Shown: piece by piece, positions 8,958 through 18,790 of the stretch
How positions within the stretch are numbered: the stretch's first letter is position 1
How the letters are laid out: every line of letters begins with the position of its first letter
From: Gallionella sp.
GTDB taxonomy: Bacteria; Pseudomonadota; Gammaproteobacteria; Burkholderiales; Gallionellaceae
Assembly: GCA_041671105.1 (NCBI GenBank)
Contig: JBAZCE010000001.1
Coordinates: 869-64,868, forward strand
Reading direction: 5' to 3'
Length of the DNA stretch: 64,000 nucleotides
Translations under genes and position numbers: made by a program
Notes under the pieces: model-generated
Told to the model about the DNA's origin: nothing
What the model saw: only the letters and a program-made list of their open reading frames with translations
Database searches by the model: none

Positions 8958-9518
8958 ATGGCGTACACCGTTCACCCGACTGCAATTGTCGACGAAGGCG
9001 CTCAGATTGGCGAAGATACCCGCATCTGGCATTGGGTGCACATCTGTGGCGGAGCTAAAATTGGCGAACGCTGCTCATTGGGGCAAAACGTTTTTGTCGG
9101 TAACAAGGTGACGATTGGCAACAACGTAAAAATCCAGAACAACGTCTCTGTTTATGATAACGTCACGCTTGAGGATGATGTATTTTGCGGCCCCAGCATG
9201 GTGTTCACCAACGTATACAACCCGCGCTCTGCCGTATCGCGCAAAGATGAATATCGCAATACCCTGATAAAGCGTGGCGTGACCTTGGGTGCTAACTGCA
9301 CCATTGTTTGCGGAGTCACCATTGGCGAATCTGCTTTCATTGGAGCTGGGGCTGTAATCAACCGCGACGTCAAATCTTACGCCCTGATGGTCGGCGTACC
9401 AGCCAGGCAAATCGGCTGGATGTGTAAGTGCGGTGTGCGACTTAATGGCCATGGAACAATTCGCTGTGGTTGCGGCAGCGTCTATCAAATCGATGAACTA
9501 ACCTGTACTGCCCTATGA
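8958..9518 (+). CDS. Hexapeptide-repeat N-acetyltransferase, WbpD/WlbB-like
   Basis: [60 protein letters not shown]. Confidence 0.9.
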   Translation: MAYTVHPTAIVDEGAQIGEDTRIWHWVHICGGAKIGERCSLGQNVFVGNKVTIGNNVKIQNNVSVYDNVTLEDDVFCGPSMVFTNVYNPRSAVSRKDEYRNTLIKRGVTLGANCTIVCGVTIGESAFIGAGAVINRDVKSYALMVGVPARQIGWMCKCGVRLNGHGTIRCGCGSVYQIDELTCTAL

Positions 9519-10612
9519 GCACAAAAATTGAATTTATCGACCTCAAGGCGCAATATGCCGCTTTGAAGGTGTCTATCAATGACCGTATACAGCGTGTGCT
9601 TGACCATGGTCAGTACATCATGGGCCCGGAAGTTAAAGAGCTTGAGGAAAAACTGGCTGCGTACACCGGCGCCAAACATTGCATTACCGTTGCATCAGGC
9701 ACGGAAGCGCTGTTGATGACGTTGATGGCGTTAGGTGTCAAGCCGGGAGATGAAGTCATCACGACGCCGTTCTCTTTTATCGCCACAGCGGAAGTCATCG
9801 TGCTGCTGGGCGCAAAACCGGTTTTTGTCGATATTGAACCGGATACCTGCAACATCAATGTCGGCCTGATAGAAGCTGCCATTACTCCAAAGACCAAAGC
9901 GATCATGCCGGTCTCCCTTTACGGGCAGCCGGCCGATATGGATGAGATCAATGCCATCGCCGCGCGGCATGGCAATATCCCGGTCATCGAAGATGCTGCC
10001 CAGAGTTTCGGGGCGACTTATAAGGGCAACAAGAGCTGCAACCTTTCAACCGTAGGCTGCACCAGTTTCTTTCCGAGCAAGCCGCTGGGCTGCTACGGTG
10101 ACGGCGGCGCGATCTTTACCAGCGATGATGCGCTGGCTCAAGCAATGCGGGAAATTCGTGTACATGGCCAATCAAAACGTTATGTCCATACCCGCGTGGG
10201 TGTCGGCGGCCGCATGGATACCATTCAATGCGCTGTCGTATTGGCCAAGTTGGATCGTTTTGACTGGGAAGTTGAACAGCGCCTTAACACGGGTGCTCGT
10301 TACAACGAATTATTTACAGGTAAAGTTGAAACTATCATTCAGCGTTCAGATCGCACCAGCGTTTTTGCCCAATATACCGTCAAAGTAGAAGAGCGTGAGT
10401 CGGTGCAAGCGTCATTAAAAGAAGCCGGTATTCCAACGGCAGTACATTATCCTGTGCCGATGCATCAGCAGCCGGCTTATGCGTATCTGTGTTGTGCAGA
10501 GAGTTGTCCGGTGTCGGTGGAGATGGCTCGCGTGGTGATGAGCCTGCCGATGGGTGCTGATCTTTCAGCGGAAGACCAGAATCGAATTGCCGACGTCCTG
10601 CGCATGATCTAA
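9515..10612 (+). CDS. DegT/DnrJ/EryC1/StrS aminotransferase, WbpE/WlbC-like
   Basis: [38 protein letters not shown]. Confidence 0.9.
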   Translation: MSTKIEFIDLKAQYAALKVSINDRIQRVLDHGQYIMGPEVKELEEKLAAYTGAKHCITVASGTEALLMTLMALGVKPGDEVITTPFSFIATAEVIVLLGAKPVFVDIEPDTCNINVGLIEAAITPKTKAIMPVSLYGQPADMDEINAIAARHGNIPVIEDAAQSFGATYKGNKSCNLSTVGCTSFFPSKPLGCYGDGGAIFTSDDALAQAMREIRVHGQSKRYVHTRVGVGGRMDTIQCAVVLAKLDRFDWEVEQRLNTGARYNELFTGKVETIIQRSDRTSVFAQYTVKVEERESVQASLKEAGIPTAVHYPVPMHQQPAYAYLCCAESCPVSVEMARVVMSLPMGADLSAEDQNRIADVLRMI

Positions 10613-10793
10613 AGCGTAAAATAGAAACCGGGTCGGTCGCCTCTATCAAAGAAACAATTCAATTGAAGCATTAGCTTAAAGGTAAGCGTGGCCGGTGCTA
10701 TATGCGCCGCATATTTAGTGGAAGCCGGTTTTGTTGCCGGATAGCCAAACAAGGAACATTTCGATTTAATAGCATACGGAATTAATTTGGGGC

Positions 10794-11498
10794 ATGAAAA
10801 AAATCGCCATACTTCAATCGAACTACATTCCCTGGAAAGGGTATTTCGACATGATCGCTGCAGTGGATGAATTTATCATCTACGACGATATGCAATACAC
10901 CCGGCGTGACTGGCGAAATCGCAATCAGATCAAGACATCACAGGGAGTGCAATGGCTTACTGTGCCGGTCAGGGTAAAGGGGAAATACGATCAGACTATC
11001 CGCGAAACCGAAATAGATGGCACCGGCTGGGCGGAGGCACATTGGAAATCTATCGCCCAGAACTATCGAAAGGCTCCCTATTTTGATGAGATCGCCGCTA
11101 TATTCGAACCATTCTATCTCCGGCGTCAGTTTACCTCTCTATCGGTACTCAACCGCGAATTGATTGAGGCCGTATGCACTTATCTGGGCATCACGACTAG
11201 GATCACCAATTCGTGGGATTACCAACTCATCGAAGGTAAAACAGAAAGACTGGCCGATTTGTGTGCTCAGGCGGGCGGTACGGAATACATATCCGGTCCT
11301 GCCGCCAAGGACTACATTGAGGAAAACTTCTTCACCGAGCGGGGCATCAAGCTCAACTGGTTCGGTTATACTGGCTATCCAGAATATCCGCAGCTTTGGG
11401 GCGAATTTACACATGGAGTTACCATTCTCGATCTGCTGTTTAATTGCGGCAAGGACGCGCCCGACTTCATGAAGTTTGTGAATCCAATCGCAAAATAG
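10794..11498 (+). CDS. WbqC family protein
   Basis: [57 protein letters not shown]. Confidence 0.9.
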   Translation: MKKIAILQSNYIPWKGYFDMIAAVDEFIIYDDMQYTRRDWRNRNQIKTSQGVQWLTVPVRVKGKYDQTIRETEIDGTGWAEAHWKSIAQNYRKAPYFDEIAAIFEPFYLRRQFTSLSVLNRELIEAVCTYLGITTRITNSWDYQLIEGKTERLADLCAQAGGTEYISGPAAKDYIEENFFTERGIKLNWFGYTGYPEYPQLWGEFTHGVTILDLLFNCGKDAPDFMKFVNPIAK

Positions 11499-11517
11499 CG
11501 ACCTCGATGGAGAGAGT

Positions 11518-12336
11518 ATGAAGGAAAATTTTTATGGGCGTATTGAGCAAACTGAAGTTGGTGATGATATTGCCCGCTATGCTGAAGAGATCGCTGTTCG
11601 CGGCTTTACAATTATTGCTGACCTGTTTTCGCCTGCAGAATTAGCGGAATGGCGGAATAAAATAGACAGTGTTTATCGGCAACAGGAGATTGAGTTTGGT
11701 CGAGATGCCCTGATTTCAATTCAGGAACTCGACATGTGCCGCGCCCCATTGCTTTATAATTTTGAATTCATAAAGCTGGCCACCCATCCACTTATCTTGT
11801 CTGTGGTTAAACAATTTTTGGGTGACTGGTTCATCCTCAATTTGCAAAATGCTATCATCAATCGCCCTGGACAGATACATCATCAAAGCTCTTGGCATCG
11901 GGACCTCCCCTACCAAAACTGGGTCATTTCCCGCCCCTTGGCCATCAATGCGCTCCTGGCCATCGATGAGTTTTCCGAAATAACGGGAGGAACCCATGTG
12001 GTTCCGTTTACTCACAAGACTGAAGTACTTCCCTCCGATGCCTACATCACAGCCAACCGTGTTGTTGCAGCAGCGCCCGCTGGTTCAGCAATAATCTTCG
12101 ACTCCATGCTGTTTCATCGGGCCGGCGCAAATAAATCGCAGAATATCCGACGGGCTGTCAATCATCTCTATACAACTCCCATTCTGAAGCAGCAATATGA
12201 TTTTCCACGAGCTTTGGGCGAACGACCTGATTTTGACCCCGCCATTGCGCGTCTTCTAGGTTATACATCACAGGTGCCTATTGATGTTCGAGCATGGCGA
12301 GACGCTCGTGCTGCAAGAAACCTTGGAATAAAATAG
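11518..12336 (+). CDS. Phytanoyl-CoA dioxygenase family Fe(II)/2-oxoglutarate oxygenase
   Basis: WHRD (HxD), GGTHVVPFTH, GSAIIFDSMLFHRAGAN..RR. Confidence 0.85.
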   Translation: MKENFYGRIEQTEVGDDIARYAEEIAVRGFTIIADLFSPAELAEWRNKIDSVYRQQEIEFGRDALISIQELDMCRAPLLYNFEFIKLATHPLILSVVKQFLGDWFILNLQNAIINRPGQIHHQSSWHRDLPYQNWVISRPLAINALLAIDEFSEITGGTHVVPFTHKTEVLPSDAYITANRVVAAAPAGSAIIFDSMLFHRAGANKSQNIRRAVNHLYTTPILKQQYDFPRALGERPDFDPAIARLLGYTSQVPIDVRAWRDARAARNLGIK

Positions 12337-12345
12337 GACTTTGCA

Positions 12346-13299
12346 GTGAACAACGAAAATCTATCAAAACCTGCCATCAGCGTAGTTGTCCCTGTATATG
12401 GTTGCATCGCCTGTCTTGAGCAGCTATGCCAAGAGATTGAGGCCAGCCTGTATAGGCTAACAGACCGCTATGAGATCATTCTGGTCGATGACCGCAGCCC
12501 GGATAATGCATGGTCACAACTGGACTCGCTGCAAGCACTACACCCGGCGGTAAAAGGGATTCGTCTCAGCCGCAACTACGGTCAGCATATTGCTATTACG
12601 GCTGGTCTGGCCGCCGCGCGTGGAGATTATGCCGTAGTCATGGATTGCGATTTGCAGGATCCACCCAGCCTGATTCCGGAGCTATTTGCAAAATTGCAAG
12701 AAGGATACGATCTGGTACTCGCCAAGCGAGTAGAGCGCAATCACTCCGCCTTTCGCCTGGTGGCTGCAAAGGCATATTTCAAGCTGTTAAGCAAACTGAC
12801 GGGTGAGTCTGTAGACGGTAGTTACGGATCATTTTCGATTATGTCACGCAAGGTAATCGACGGTTTCCTGCTCTTTGGAGAAAAGGAGCGGCATTACCTG
12901 TTTATTCTGCGTTGGTTGGGTTTTCGAATCGGTAGCGTTGATTTCGTACATCAAGAACGATATGCCGGGCAGAGCAGTTACACCTTGGGCCGTTTATTAA
13001 GCCATGCGCTCAATGGAATTCTATTCCAGGCAACGGTGCTGCTCCGCTGGATTGTCAGCTTGGGCTTTCTGTTTGCACTATCCGGCATGGCTGTCGCCAG
13101 TTATCTGATGTGGCGCAGCATCTTCCATACCGCTCTTCCGGGCTGGACGAGTCTGGTCGTGCTGGGATTGGTAAGCACAGGGACGATATTGATCAGCCTG
13201 GGTATCATTGGCCTGTATATAGGCAAGATTTTTGATCAGACTAAACAACGCCCGCTTTACATTGTGGATGTTGTGTCAGAAAGCAGGCTTCAATGGTAG
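12346..13299 (+). CDS. GT2 polyprenyl-phosphate glycosyltransferase (ArnC/GtrB-like)
   Basis: SVVVPVY, LVDDRSPD, LSRNYGQHIAITAGL, MDCDLQDPP, two C-terminal TM helices, RPLYIV. Confidence 0.9.
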   Translation: MNNENLSKPAISVVVPVYGCIACLEQLCQEIEASLYRLTDRYEIILVDDRSPDNAWSQLDSLQALHPAVKGIRLSRNYGQHIAITAGLAAARGDYAVVMDCDLQDPPSLIPELFAKLQEGYDLVLAKRVERNHSAFRLVAAKAYFKLLSKLTGESVDGSYGSFSIMSRKVIDGFLLFGEKERHYLFILRWLGFRIGSVDFVHQERYAGQSSYTLGRLLSHALNGILFQATVLLRWIVSLGFLFALSGMAVASYLMWRSIFHTALPGWTSLVVLGLVSTGTILISLGIIGLYIGKIFDQTKQRPLYIVDVVSESRLQW

Positions 13300-14132
13300 T
13301 GCTTCCTCCCGGAACATTATTGCAGTTGATGTACTTGGATGAGCGTCTCAAGGCGATTGCGCCCGGTCGCTTTATTGAAGTCGGCCCAGGCAGTGGCGAA
13401 ATTACCACGCGACTATTAAGGGCTGGCTGGTCGGGTACCGTTTATGACCTGTCCGGTGAGACGCTGACCAGAATTGAGCAGCGATTTGCTCCGGATATTG
13501 CGGCGGGCCGATTAACGGTCATGTTTGGTGATTATTTGAATTACCCCCCCTCTTCAATAGAGGATCGTGTCGATCTGATTATTTCATGTATGGTTATGGA
13601 GCACTTGGATGACCAGTCGGAGCGTAAATTCATGGAGTTCTCGGCAAAACACTTGAAGGCAGGCGGGCGCATGATCGGCTTGGTTCCTGCTTCACCGCGC
13701 CATTGGGGAATCGAAGACGATATCGCCGGTCATTGCAGGCGTTATACCAAGGGCTCATTGTTGACTCTGATTCGGACGACAGGTTGGACGATTGGCCATA
13801 TCGTCGGGTTGACTTACCCTGTGTCCAACTTATTGTTGCCCGTATCCAATTTTCTAGTGAGGCGGCATGAAGCGAGCAAACTCAGCCTGTCGCCGGTGGA
13901 GAGAACAAAACATTCTGGCCGTCGAAAAGTGCGCTTCAAAACGCATTTTCCAGCAATTCTGAAATTATGCCTGAATGAGTTGACCATGCTTCCTCTGTAC
14001 TGGACGCAAAAACTATTCGCGAATTCAGGTAGTGCGCTGGTGCTTTATTTTGAGGCTACTTATGAAGCTCAGATTCCCAATGATGAAAATAAGGACGCTG
14101 GTATTTTGACTGGAACGTGGAAATGTGTATGA
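13293..14132 (+). CDS. Class I SAM-dependent methyltransferase
   Basis: IEVGPGSG, VMEHL, LVPA..HW..EDDIAGHCRRY. Confidence 0.82.
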   Translation: MVVLPPGTLLQLMYLDERLKAIAPGRFIEVGPGSGEITTRLLRAGWSGTVYDLSGETLTRIEQRFAPDIAAGRLTVMFGDYLNYPPSSIEDRVDLIISCMVMEHLDDQSERKFMEFSAKHLKAGGRMIGLVPASPRHWGIEDDIAGHCRRYTKGSLLTLIRTTGWTIGHIVGLTYPVSNLLLPVSNFLVRRHEASKLSLSPVERTKHSGRRKVRFKTHFPAILKLCLNELTMLPLYWTQKLFANSGSALVLYFEATYEAQIPNDENKDAGILTGTWKCV

Positions 14133-14794
14133 AAAAACCACTAATAATTTTTGGGCTTGCCGAGCAGGCACAATTAGCGCATTTTTTCTTTTCCACAGAC
14201 TCGAATTATGAAATCGTGGCGTTCACGGTTGATGCGGCTTATATCACCGCAAACAAGTTTTGTGGACTGCCCGTTGTGGCGTTTGAAGAAATTGTAAACC
14301 ACTACTCCTTCGATGAGCATGAGTTCTTTGTCGCCCTCGGTTATTCCAAGCTCAATCAGGTGCGTAAGGAAAAATATATCGCTGCGAAGGCATTGGGCTA
14401 TCGCATTGCCAGTTATATCAGTTCCCGTGCGACGATACTCAGCGTCGACAGGATAGGCGAAAACTGTTTCATCCTCGAAGACAATACCATTCAGCCGTTT
14501 GTCACCATCGGCAATAACGTGACGCTGTGGAGCGGCAACCATATCGGCCACCATTCGATCATTCACGACCATTGCTTCATCGCCTCCCATGTGGTGGTAT
14601 CGGGCGGTGTCGAGATTTGCGAATCCTGTTTCATCGGAGTGAATGCCACGTTGCGCGATCACATCAAGATCGGTGAGAAGTGCGTGATAGGTGCAGGAGC
14701 GCTGATCCTGGCAGATGCAGAACCTGAGGGTATTTATATCGGACAGGCAACCGAGCGATCCAAGGTTCCGAGCTGCAGGCTGAGAAATATTTAG
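14129..14794 (+). CDS. Sugar acyltransferase (NeuD/PglD-like hexapeptide family)
   Basis: Rossmann-like N-terminus LIIFG, then hexapeptide repeats IGENCFI..IGNNVTL..HIGHHS..IGAGALI. Confidence 0.85.
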   Translation: MKKPLIIFGLAEQAQLAHFFFSTDSNYEIVAFTVDAAYITANKFCGLPVVAFEEIVNHYSFDEHEFFVALGYSKLNQVRKEKYIAAKALGYRIASYISSRATILSVDRIGENCFILEDNTIQPFVTIGNNVTLWSGNHIGHHSIIHDHCFIASHVVVSGGVEICESCFIGVNATLRDHIKIGEKCVIGAGALILADAEPEGIYIGQATERSKVPSCRLRNI

Positions 14795-14804
14795 GACATT
14801 ATTT

Positions 14805-15719
14805 ATGCGTTGGAAAAAAATTGGGCAACTCTATAGCCCAAAACCTATTCATCCCAAACTGGCGAGTCATGCCGCCAATCCACTGGCCGTGTTGTTGGCG
14901 GGGAATGTTTATCGCGTTTTCTTTAGCGGACGCGATGCACAAAATCGCTCATCGGTAGGATTTGTTGATGTGGACATCGTAAAGCGCGAGGTCGTCTATA
15001 TTCACGACAAGCCCGTTTTTGAGCATGGGCCGGAAAACAGTTTTTACTCGGATGGCGTCAGCATCGGCAATTGTTATGAGGCGGATGGACAACGTTATAT
15101 CTTGTTCATGGGCTGGCAATGTCCTCCGGATGGACACTGGCGTGGCGATGTCGGGCGGCTCGTGCTTGAGCCTGATTTCTCACTTCACATCGATAATGAA
15201 GAACCTTTCATGGCTACCGATGCTACCGACCCGGTAAGCCTTTCCTATCCCTGGGTTTTTCGGGAAGAAAACGGATCTTTCCAGATGTGGTATGGCTCGA
15301 CGGTAACCTGGAATGCCGGTAACGGTGAAATGCTCCATGTCATTAACCATGCCACCTCGAATGACGGCGGCCAATGGATGCGGCATGGCTTGTCTGTGCC
15401 GTATCAATTGGGCGTGGCGCAAGCGTTCTCAAGACCCACAGTTGTGAAAGATGCCGATGGATTCCATATGTGGTTCTCGTATAGAAGCGGAACCGGACAG
15501 AAGTATCGTATTGGTTATGCGTTCAGCGCAACGGGCAGCAAGTGGGAGCTGAAACTTGATGAAGTGGGAATCGATGTCTCTGCCGAAGGTTGGGATTCCG
15601 AGATGATCGAGTATCCCTTTGTTTTTGATCACCAAGGTCAGCGTTACATGCTTTACAACGGTAATGGCAATGGGAAAACGGGGTTTGGTCTCGCCCTGTT
15701 GGAAAGAGCGCCTTTATGA
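14805..15719 (+). CDS. Hypothetical beta-propeller glycosidase-like protein
   Basis: Repeated blade-like motifs (YRVFFS, FQMWYG, FHMWFS, IGYAFS, WDSEMIEYP, YMLYNGNG..GFGLA); function not assignable. Confidence 0.65.
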   Translation: MRWKKIGQLYSPKPIHPKLASHAANPLAVLLAGNVYRVFFSGRDAQNRSSVGFVDVDIVKREVVYIHDKPVFEHGPENSFYSDGVSIGNCYEADGQRYILFMGWQCPPDGHWRGDVGRLVLEPDFSLHIDNEEPFMATDATDPVSLSYPWVFREENGSFQMWYGSTVTWNAGNGEMLHVINHATSNDGGQWMRHGLSVPYQLGVAQAFSRPTVVKDADGFHMWFSYRSGTGQKYRIGYAFSATGSKWELKLDEVGIDVSAEGWDSEMIEYPFVFDHQGQRYMLYNGNGNGKTGFGLALLERAPL

Positions 15720-16093
15720 ATATACTGCGTTTGCTAGGGTACGTCGGCCCCACAGTTTTATTGGTTGTTTATAGTCAGCTTGTCATCAAGTGGCGTCTTC
15801 CTTCGCTAGGAACGTTGCCTGTCAATGATTTTGACAAGGTTCTCTATTTGTTGAAGGCGCTATTCGATCCATATGTCGCATCGGGTATTCTCGCCGCATT
15901 CTTGGCATCATTGGCATGGCTGGCGGCTATATCAAAAATTCCTTTGAATGTGGGCTTCCCGGCGTATTACGGCCTGACTTTTGCATTTGTCATGTTAGGG
16001 AGTGCATGGGTACTCAACGAACAGATCACGAGCTTGAAATTGATCGGTGTCGGGTTGATCTTGACAGGAGTAATCGTCGGGAGTCTGGATTGA
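15716..16093 (+). CDS. Small EamA/SMR-type membrane protein (ArnE/ArnF-like flippase subunit)
   Basis: 125 aa with about 4 TM helices; W..AISKIPL..FP and LNEQIT..KLIG..LI..GV. Confidence 0.72.
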   Translation: MNILRLLGYVGPTVLLVVYSQLVIKWRLPSLGTLPVNDFDKVLYLLKALFDPYVASGILAAFLASLAWLAAISKIPLNVGFPAYYGLTFAFVMLGSAWVLNEQITSLKLIGVGLILTGVIVGSLD

Positions 16094-16959
16094 CGAATCG
16101 GCAATATAGCGATATTACAAATTTTATTGCCGATGTCCGTGCTTCAATACTGGAGCAATGCCCGGATCGGCATGACTACTTCGATATTTATGCGAATGAG
16201 GCGTGTTTTGGTTTTTCGATAATTGAAACTGAACTGAACGCATTGCAGCCGGGTAGCTCGATCATGGAAGTCGGGGCAGGGTTGCTTCTTTTGAGTGGAT
16301 ATCTGACGAGCAGAGGCATGAAAATCTATGCTCTGGAACCCATAGCGGGTGGCTTCTCACATTTTCGCGAATTGCAAAATGCGGTGATGATTTATTATAA
16401 AAAAATCGGCCTTATGTTGAACTTGATCGAATCGCCGATCGAAAGTTTCTCGGATACGGAGTGTTTCGACTATGTGTACTCGATCAACGTGTTTGAGCAT
16501 ATCTCTGATGCAGAGCTGGGGCTGTCCAATGCGTATCTCAGTCTGAAAATCGGTGGGGGGTTAAGAGTCTATTGCCCAAATTATCACTTTCCCTATGAGC
16601 CACACTTTAATATTCCTACGCTGTTTGATAAGGGACTTACCGGGTTCGTTTTCAAGTCTTCAATCATGGCGTCGCAGATGAATGAAGCACAGGAAACATG
16701 GGATGCGTTGAATTGGATCAACGTTTCTCGAGTCAGGCGATTGTTCCGAAAACGTTTTGGCAAAGAACCAATATTTAACCGGCTGGCAACGTATCAAATC
16801 GTTTCGCGAGTATTATGCGACCCGCAATTTACTGCGCGTCGATCAAGATGGATGTCCAGTGCACTACAAATGTTGAACCACGTCGGACTCTTACAACTGT
16901 TTAAATTCCTTCCGGTGACGTTTTCACCCGTGATGGATTTCAGTGTAAAACGTAATTAA
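16090..16959 (+). CDS. Class I SAM-dependent methyltransferase
   Basis: MEVGAG, FDYVYSINVFEHI, CPNY.FPYEPHF; TTG start overlapping the upstream TGA. Confidence 0.8.
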   Translation: MTNRQYSDITNFIADVRASILEQCPDRHDYFDIYANEACFGFSIIETELNALQPGSSIMEVGAGLLLLSGYLTSRGMKIYALEPIAGGFSHFRELQNAVMIYYKKIGLMLNLIESPIESFSDTECFDYVYSINVFEHISDAELGLSNAYLSLKIGGGLRVYCPNYHFPYEPHFNIPTLFDKGLTGFVFKSSIMASQMNEAQETWDALNWINVSRVRRLFRKRFGKEPIFNRLATYQIVSRVLCDPQFTARRSRWMSSALQMLNHVGLLQLFKFLPVTFSPVMDFSVKRN

Positions 16960-17033
16960 TTTACAGGGACAAAATTTTTCGGCATGTATCCGGTACAAAT
17001 AAATTTTAATGCGCATTCGCGCGGTGTGACCCA

Positions 17034-17660
17034 ATGAGCGAGATCACTCACGGACTCAGGTCGATCCTGTCTTATTCGAGAGTCTATGACCTTTTTCAAT
17101 GGATTATGGGTGCGAAGCGTGGCCGTACCATTTTTTCATCGCAATATATAAAAGCACGCTATGGTGATTACGTGCTCGACATTGGTTGTGGAACCGCCGA
17201 GATACGGATGTTTTTACCCGATGTTGAATATTTTGGTTTCGATCCGAATGCCCACTATATTGATGCGGCGAACAATAGATTGCGAGAGTCTCACAAGACG
17301 GGTACTTTATTGCATGCTACGTTAGACGTGGCTGCGCTGACCGAGCTACCGAAGTTCGATATCGTTTTGGTTTCCGGGGTGCTCCATCATTTGAACGATA
17401 ATGAGGTTGTCCAATTGGCAAAATTGGCTAAGGCCGCAATGAAGGAGGGCGGTAGATTAATAACGATTGATCCCTGTTTTGTCGAAGGGCAGTCGTTTAT
17501 TGCTCACTATCTCGTTAGTCATGATCGCGGGCAACACGTAAGAGACGTCGAAGGTTATCAGACGCTCATGTCGTCAGTGTTTACATCAGTCGAATGTGAT
17601 GTTCGCCATGATTTTGCACGATTTCCTTATACACATTTGATAATGGAATGTACGGTATGA
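17034..17660 (+). CDS. Class I SAM-dependent methyltransferase
   Basis: VLDIGCGTA, FDIV..SGVLHHL, GGRLITIDP. Confidence 0.85.
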   Translation: MSEITHGLRSILSYSRVYDLFQWIMGAKRGRTIFSSQYIKARYGDYVLDIGCGTAEIRMFLPDVEYFGFDPNAHYIDAANNRLRESHKTGTLLHATLDVAALTELPKFDIVLVSGVLHHLNDNEVVQLAKLAKAAMKEGGRLITIDPCFVEGQSFIAHYLVSHDRGQHVRDVEGYQTLMSSVFTSVECDVRHDFARFPYTHLIMECTV

Positions 17661-18790
17661 AAATCCCGTTCAACAAACCTTATATGACGGGTAAAGAACT
17701 GGCATATATCAATGAAGCACACGATAAGGGGTTTCTTGCGGGTGACGGTGATTTCACCAAGAAGTGTAATACCTGGTTAGAGCAGCGCATCGGTTGTCAC
17801 AAAGCATTGCTGACGCACTCTTGTACAGCTGCTTTGGAAATGGCGGCCATTTTGGCAGATATTCAGCCGGGGGATGAGGTGATCATGCCCTCCTATACTT
17901 TTGTTTCCACCGCCAATGCGTTCGTGCTGCGCGGGGGAGTACCCGTGTTCGTAGACATACGCCTTGATACCCTGAACATTGACGAGAAATTGATCGAGGC
18001 GGCGATTACTCCCAGAACCAAAGCGATCGTGCCGGTGCATTACGCCGGAGTGGCGTGCGAGATGGATACCATTATGGATATCGCGCAACGGCACGATCTA
18101 CTGGTGATCGAGGATGCTGCACAAGGCATCATGTCCACTTACAAAGGACGCGCGCTGGGTTCGATCGGACACATGGGATGCCTGAGTTTTCACGAGACTA
18201 AGAACATCATTTCGGGTGAAGGCGGTGCCTTGTTGGTGAACGATGATCGTTTTGCCGAGCGCGCTGAGATCATCCGTGAGAAAGGCACTAACCGCAGCCA
18301 GTTTTTCAGAGGCCAGGTGGATAAATATACCTGGGTGGATATCGGTTCTTCCTCTTTGCCGGGAGAAATCATTGCGGCGTTTCTTTGGGCGCAAATGGAA
18401 GAGGCTGATGAGATTACCCGTCGGCGTTTGACGATATGGGGCGCTTATCAAAAAGCTTTTGAAATTCTTGAGCAAAGTGGACGCGTGCGTCGTCCTGTTG
18501 TTTCATTGGAGTGTCAGCATAATGCGCACATGTACTATTTGTTGATGCCGGACCTGGAAAGAAGGACTGACCTGATAGAGCACTTAAAAAGGGTGGAAAT
18601 TAACGCCGTTTTTCACTATGTGCCTTTGCATTCATCGCCTGCCGGGCGGCGCTATGGGAGGATTTATGGTGACCTGTCCGTTACCGACGTCATATCGGAG
18701 CGACTGGTTCGCTTGCCGCTATGGGTCGAGTTGAGTGAAACTGAGCAGGCGCGAGTGGTTGAGGAAATATACCGCGCGTGTAATGAATAA
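17657..18790 (+). CDS. wecE: dTDP-4-amino-4,6-dideoxygalactose transaminase (WecE/RffA family)
   Basis: IPFNKP, LTHSCTAALEMAA, PSYTFVSTANAF, SFHETKN..SGEGG, EKGTNRSQFFRGQVDKYTW. Confidence 0.88.
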   Translation: MKIPFNKPYMTGKELAYINEAHDKGFLAGDGDFTKKCNTWLEQRIGCHKALLTHSCTAALEMAAILADIQPGDEVIMPSYTFVSTANAFVLRGGVPVFVDIRLDTLNIDEKLIEAAITPRTKAIVPVHYAGVACEMDTIMDIAQRHDLLVIEDAAQGIMSTYKGRALGSIGHMGCLSFHETKNIISGEGGALLVNDDRFAERAEIIREKGTNRSQFFRGQVDKYTWVDIGSSSLPGEIIAAFLWAQMEEADEITRRRLTIWGAYQKAFEILEQSGRVRRPVVSLECQHNAHMYYLLMPDLERRTDLIEHLKRVEINAVFHYVPLHSSPAGRRYGRIYGDLSVTDVISERLVRLPLWVELSETEQARVVEEIYRACNE